A DNA stretch of 64,000 bases from contig JABGRQ010000081.1 of the NCBI GenBank assembly GCA_018648225.1, positions 6,092-70,091 on the forward strand. The letters run 5' to 3'. The DNA comes from Chloroflexota bacterium. GTDB lineage: Bacteria > Chloroflexota > Anaerolineae > Anaerolineales > UBA11858. The position numbers and the translations under genes are program-made. Shown piece by piece: positions 61,031-64,000 of this stretch. Below the pieces are notes generated by a model. It was not told where the DNA came from. It was given only the letters and a program-made list of their open reading frames with translations, and ran no database searches. The stretch's first letter is position 1. Each line of letters begins with the position of its first letter.

Positions 61031-64000
61031 TTATTGAAACGTAATCGTTTCAACGCGCACATTTTCCACCCCGGCCAATTTGCGCAACTCATCCATCAAC
61101 TCGGGGCTGATGCGGGTATTAAAATTGGGGAAATCTAGCAAATAACCGCCACCATTCTCGAAAATGTGGAAATTAAAACGATCAGCTCCCGGTGTGCTGA
61201 TGAGTTTGCCAAAAATACGCCGGATAAGCAGCACATCGCGCACCTTGCCCAGCCCCGGGCGCAACACCACCGTCAACATGCGGCGCGCTTCGCCATCCTG
61301 GGGGGCTTCGGGAGGCACAACCGGCAGCATACTACTCACTTGCTCGGCCAACGTTTCGCTCAAATCCAGCGCCGCGGTCAGCGGCGGAGCCTCCACCACA
61401 GGCTCACTCACCGGATTTGGCTCGACAATCTTGGGTTGCGAGGGAGGCAAGATTTCGGGCGGTGCGGTCTGCTTCGCTGCGGGGGCAACTTCATCCCAGC
61501 TATCATCAAAGGGAGGCGGAGGGGGTGGCATCCCGGCAGGGGCGGCGGAATCATCATAAATGGGAGGCGATTCGGCAACCTGCGGCACTCGCTGCGCTCG
61601 CTGTGCTCGGCGGGACTCACCCTGGGGTTGGTCGGTTTTCTCGGAGGCAGGTTTTACTTTAGGGGTGGGCTTTGCGCCTCCCCACCTCGGCTGCAAATGA
61701 TCCCCCGAAACTGGCTCCACAACCACCTCATCCAGGGGAACGACGTGCCGCAACTCTGTCGAAACGCGATCCACAAGAATTTTTGGCTCGCCTCGGGCCG
61801 CATCCACTTTTCCCTCTATCAGCACAATGGCATCGTGATCGAGCACTTCACGGTAGGCCGCCCAGGTGCGCGGAAAAACTACCAGATCGAAATTGCCTTG
61901 CATATCTTCGAGGGTGATAAAGGCCATCGGCTGGCCGCGCTTGGTAATATGTGGGCGAATGCGGCTGACAATACCGGCTACGCGCACGGGCTGCTGATCG
62001 CTGGCTTCGGCCAAATCGCTGGAATAGTGCGTTGTATTCTGCGCGATGGCATCGATCACCGAACTGAGGGGGTGATCGGAAACATACAGGCCAATGAGTT
62101 CACGCTCCCAATCGAGCTGGGTGCGCTGCGGAATTTCGTGGAAGGGTTCAGGGAGTTCGATATGGTCGTCCAGACCCGTTTTAGCGCCAAACATGCTCAA
62201 CTGTCCGCTTTCGGCGGCAGAAAAATAAGACGAGCTGATCGAAACCAGCCGGTCGAGAGCTTCCAGGAGTACCTGGCGCGAACCAAAACAATCGAGCGCC
62301 CCCACCTTGATGAGACATTCAAGGGAGCGCTTGCCCACCTTGCGAAGGTCGGCGCGCTGCACAAAATCGTTGATGTCGGCAAAAGGGGCCTCTTTGCGGG
62401 CTTCAATGATGAGGTCTACCGGGTTTTGCCCCACATTTTTGACGGCCCCCAGCCCAAAGCGGATGGCGGAAGAAGACCGGGTACCGGAGACCGGGGACGG
62501 GGGTAAAACTTGTTCTCCGTCTTCTGTCTTCTGTCTTCCATCTTCTATGGAGAAATCCCACAGACTCGAATTGACATCCGGCGGCAGAACCTCGATGCCC
62601 ATGCGACGGCAATCGGCCACATAAACCGCTACGCGGTCGGTATCTCCCTGGAAAACCGAGAGCAGGGCAGTCATATATTCTACAGAATAATGTGCCTTGA
62701 GGTAAGCAGTCTGCACGGCGATGACGCCATAATCGGCGGCGTGGCTCTTGTTGAAGCCATAGCGGGCAAATTCTTCCCAATCGGCGAAGATACCGGCGGC
62801 AACATCTTTGTCAATGCCCCGCTCAACCGCTCCGGCAATAAACTTGACGCTATGCTTATCAATGACATCTTTCTGCTTTTTTGAAATGGCTTTGCGCAAA
62901 TAGTCGGCTTCGGAGGCAGTGTACCCGGCCAGTTCCACGGCGGCGCGCATGATCTGTTCCTGATAAACCGGGAGGCCAAAAGTCTCCTTGAAGATTGGCT
63001 CCAAAGAAGGATGGGGATAGGTGACTTCTTCGAGACCGTGCATGCGGCGAATATAGCTGGGAATAAAATCCATCGGCCCCGGGCGGAAGAGCGAAATCAT
63101 GGCGATGACATGATCCAGATTATTGGGCTTCATTTCAACCAGATTGCGACGCATCCCCGCGCCTTCTACCTGGAAAACCCCGGCGGTTTCGCCGCGGCTC
63201 ATCAGCTCGTAGCTGTCTGGATCATCGAGGGGAATATTGTTGAGATTGAATTCGATACCGTGGCGTTCAAAAATCAGGTCGCACGCCCGCGCCATCACAG
63301 TGAGGGTGGAAAGGCCCAGAAAATCAACCTTTAGCAAACCCTGTTCATCAATCACCGACATTTCAAACTGGGTGACGGTTTTGATGGGGCTGTCTTGCGC
63401 CTGTCCGGTTGGGCGGTGCAAAGGCAGATATTCGATAATTGGCTTGTCGGCAACAACCACTCCGGCGGCGTGCGTTCCGGCGTTGCGCACCACACCCTCC
63501 ATACCTTTGGCGGTATCGATCAGGTTGCGCGCATAACTGGACGATTCGTACATCTGCTTAAAATCAGGGACATCTTCCAATGCCTGCTCGATCGTAACCG
63601 GTTTGCCAGGCACATTGGGGATCAGCTTGGCGATGCGATCCACTTCATTGATGGGAATATCCATCACGCGCCCCACATCACGGATGGCGGCGCGCGCTTT
63701 CATGGTGCCGAAGGTGATGATCTGGGCGACTTTGTCATCACCATATTTACGGGCGGTATAAGTCATCATCTCCGCGCGGCGGTCGTCACGAAAGTCGAGA
63801 TCAATATCGGGCATAGAAACGCGCCCCGGGTTAAGAAAACGCTCAAAAATCAGGCCATGTTCTATCGGGTCTACCAGCGTGATCGCCAGGGTATAGGCCA
63901 CAATCGAACCCGCCGCCGAGCCACGGGCGTTATACCAGATGCCCTCTTTCTCGGCGTAGACGCACAAATCCCACACAATCAGGAAGTAAGCGTCAAAGCC
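61031..64000 (-). CDS. dnaE: DNA polymerase III alpha subunit DnaE, C-terminal about 980 aa; 5' end lies beyond the window
   Basis: RVSMPDIDLDF, FNKSHAADYG, an OB-fold region, and a C-terminal domain. The frame is open to the window edge. Confidence 0.9.
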   Translation of the reverse strand, partial: GFDAYFLIVWDLCVYAEKEGIWYNARGSAAGSIVAYTLAITLVDPIEHGLIFERFLNPGRVSMPDIDLDFRDDRRAEMMTYTARKYGDDKVAQIITFGTMKARAAIRDVGRVMDIPINEVDRIAKLIPNVPGKPVTIEQALEDVPDFKQMYESSSYARNLIDTAKGMEGVVRNAGTHAAGVVVADKPIIEYLPLHRPTGQAQDSPIKTVTQFEMSVIDEQGLLKVDFLGLSTLTVMARACDLIFERHGIEFNLNNIPLDDPDSYELMSRGETAGVFQVEGAGMRRNLVEMKPNNLDHVIAMISLFRPGPMDFIPSYIRRMHGLEEVTYPHPSLEPIFKETFGLPVYQEQIMRAAVELAGYTASEADYLRKAISKKQKDVIDKHSVKFIAGAVERGIDKDVAAGIFADWEEFARYGFNKSHAADYGVIAVQTAYLKAHYSVEYMTALLSVFQGDTDRVAVYVADCRRMGIEVLPPDVNSSLWDFSIEDGRQKTEDGEQVLPPSPVSGTRSSSAIRFGLGAVKNVGQNPVDLIIEARKEAPFADINDFVQRADLRKVGKRSLECLIKVGALDCFGSRQVLLEALDRLVSISSSYFSAAESGQLSMFGAKTGLDDHIELPEPFHEIPQRTQLDWERELIGLYVSDHPLSSVIDAIAQNTTHYSSDLAEASDQQPVRVAGIVSRIRPHITKRGQPMAFITLEDMQGNFDLVVFPRTWAAYREVLDHDAIVLIEGKVDAARGEPKILVDRVSTELRHVVPLDEVVVEPVSGDHLQPRWGGAKPTPKVKPASEKTDQPQGESRRAQRAQRVPQVAESPPIYDDSAAPAGMPPPPPPFDDSWDEVAPAAKQTAPPEILPPSQPKIVEPNPVSEPVVEAPPLTAALDLSETLAEQVSSMLPVVPPEAPQDGEARRMLTVVLRPGLGKVRDVLLIRRIFGKLISTPGADRFNFHIFENGGGYLLDFPNFNTRISPELMDELRKLAGVENVRVETITFQ
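62468..62546. repeat. Imperfect palindrome with four tandem heptamers inside the dnaE CDS
   Basis: ggaagaagaccgggtaccggagac ... gttctccgtcttctgtcttctgtcttcc. Heptamers gtcttct/gtcttct/gtcttcc/atcttct at 62519-62546. Confidence 0.7.

Noticed and set aside
62468-62546. Intein in dnaE
   Set aside because: The extra segment is only about 20 aa, with no Cys/Ser...His-Asn splice-junction blocks. It matches a repeat element instead.
1-64000. tRNA, rRNA, tmRNA, RNase P, transposase, integrase or prophage genes
   Set aside because: I scanned the intergenic regions by eye for T-loop (GGTTCGAATCC-like) and other signatures and found none. No ORF has transposase, integrase or phage-like motifs. A computational scan (tRNAscan, Rfam) is still advisable.

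Overview
Densely coding, moderately GC-rich bacterial chromosome segment with about 63 CDS and no rRNA, tRNA, CRISPR, transposase, integrase or phage genes. Gene content and repeat style suggest a Chloroflexota (Anaerolineae-like) genome; this is inference only. Most genes are housekeeping: rnj (5' truncated), pcm, mutY, galE, sbcD, menG/ubiE-ubiX, ftsK, rnz, queG, serS and dnaE (5' truncated). Two blocks stand apart. One is a cell-envelope block (GT39, GtrA, LysM protein, GalE, a giant Flp-like protein, GT2). The other is a metal-homeostasis block (Fur-family regulator, CbiM/Q/O-type ECF Ni/Co importer, ZnuABC/TroABC-type importer). The points most worth follow-up are: (1) a 501-aa protein whose N-terminus is a Flp/Tad prepilin signal (G-XXXX-EY) fused to five tandem beta-sandwich repeats; (2) at least five families of short palindromic repeats, with copies lying in frame inside queG, dnaE and the 5' end of gtrA, and others inside or next to the serS leader; (3) a textbook Ser T-box riboswitch upstream of serS (UCC specifier, UGGC bulge, competing antiterminator and terminator); (4) a Zur-box-like palindrome at znuA and a different 22-bp AT palindrome on the fur-family promoter; (5) a MutY whose C-terminal domain has an intact Nudix box; (6) a DUF433/DUF5615 (PIN-like) toxin-antitoxin pair wedged into the ubiE-ubiX operon. 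I found no clear multi-gene novel system such as a defence island. All family calls come from motif recognition by eye and need HMM or structure confirmation.
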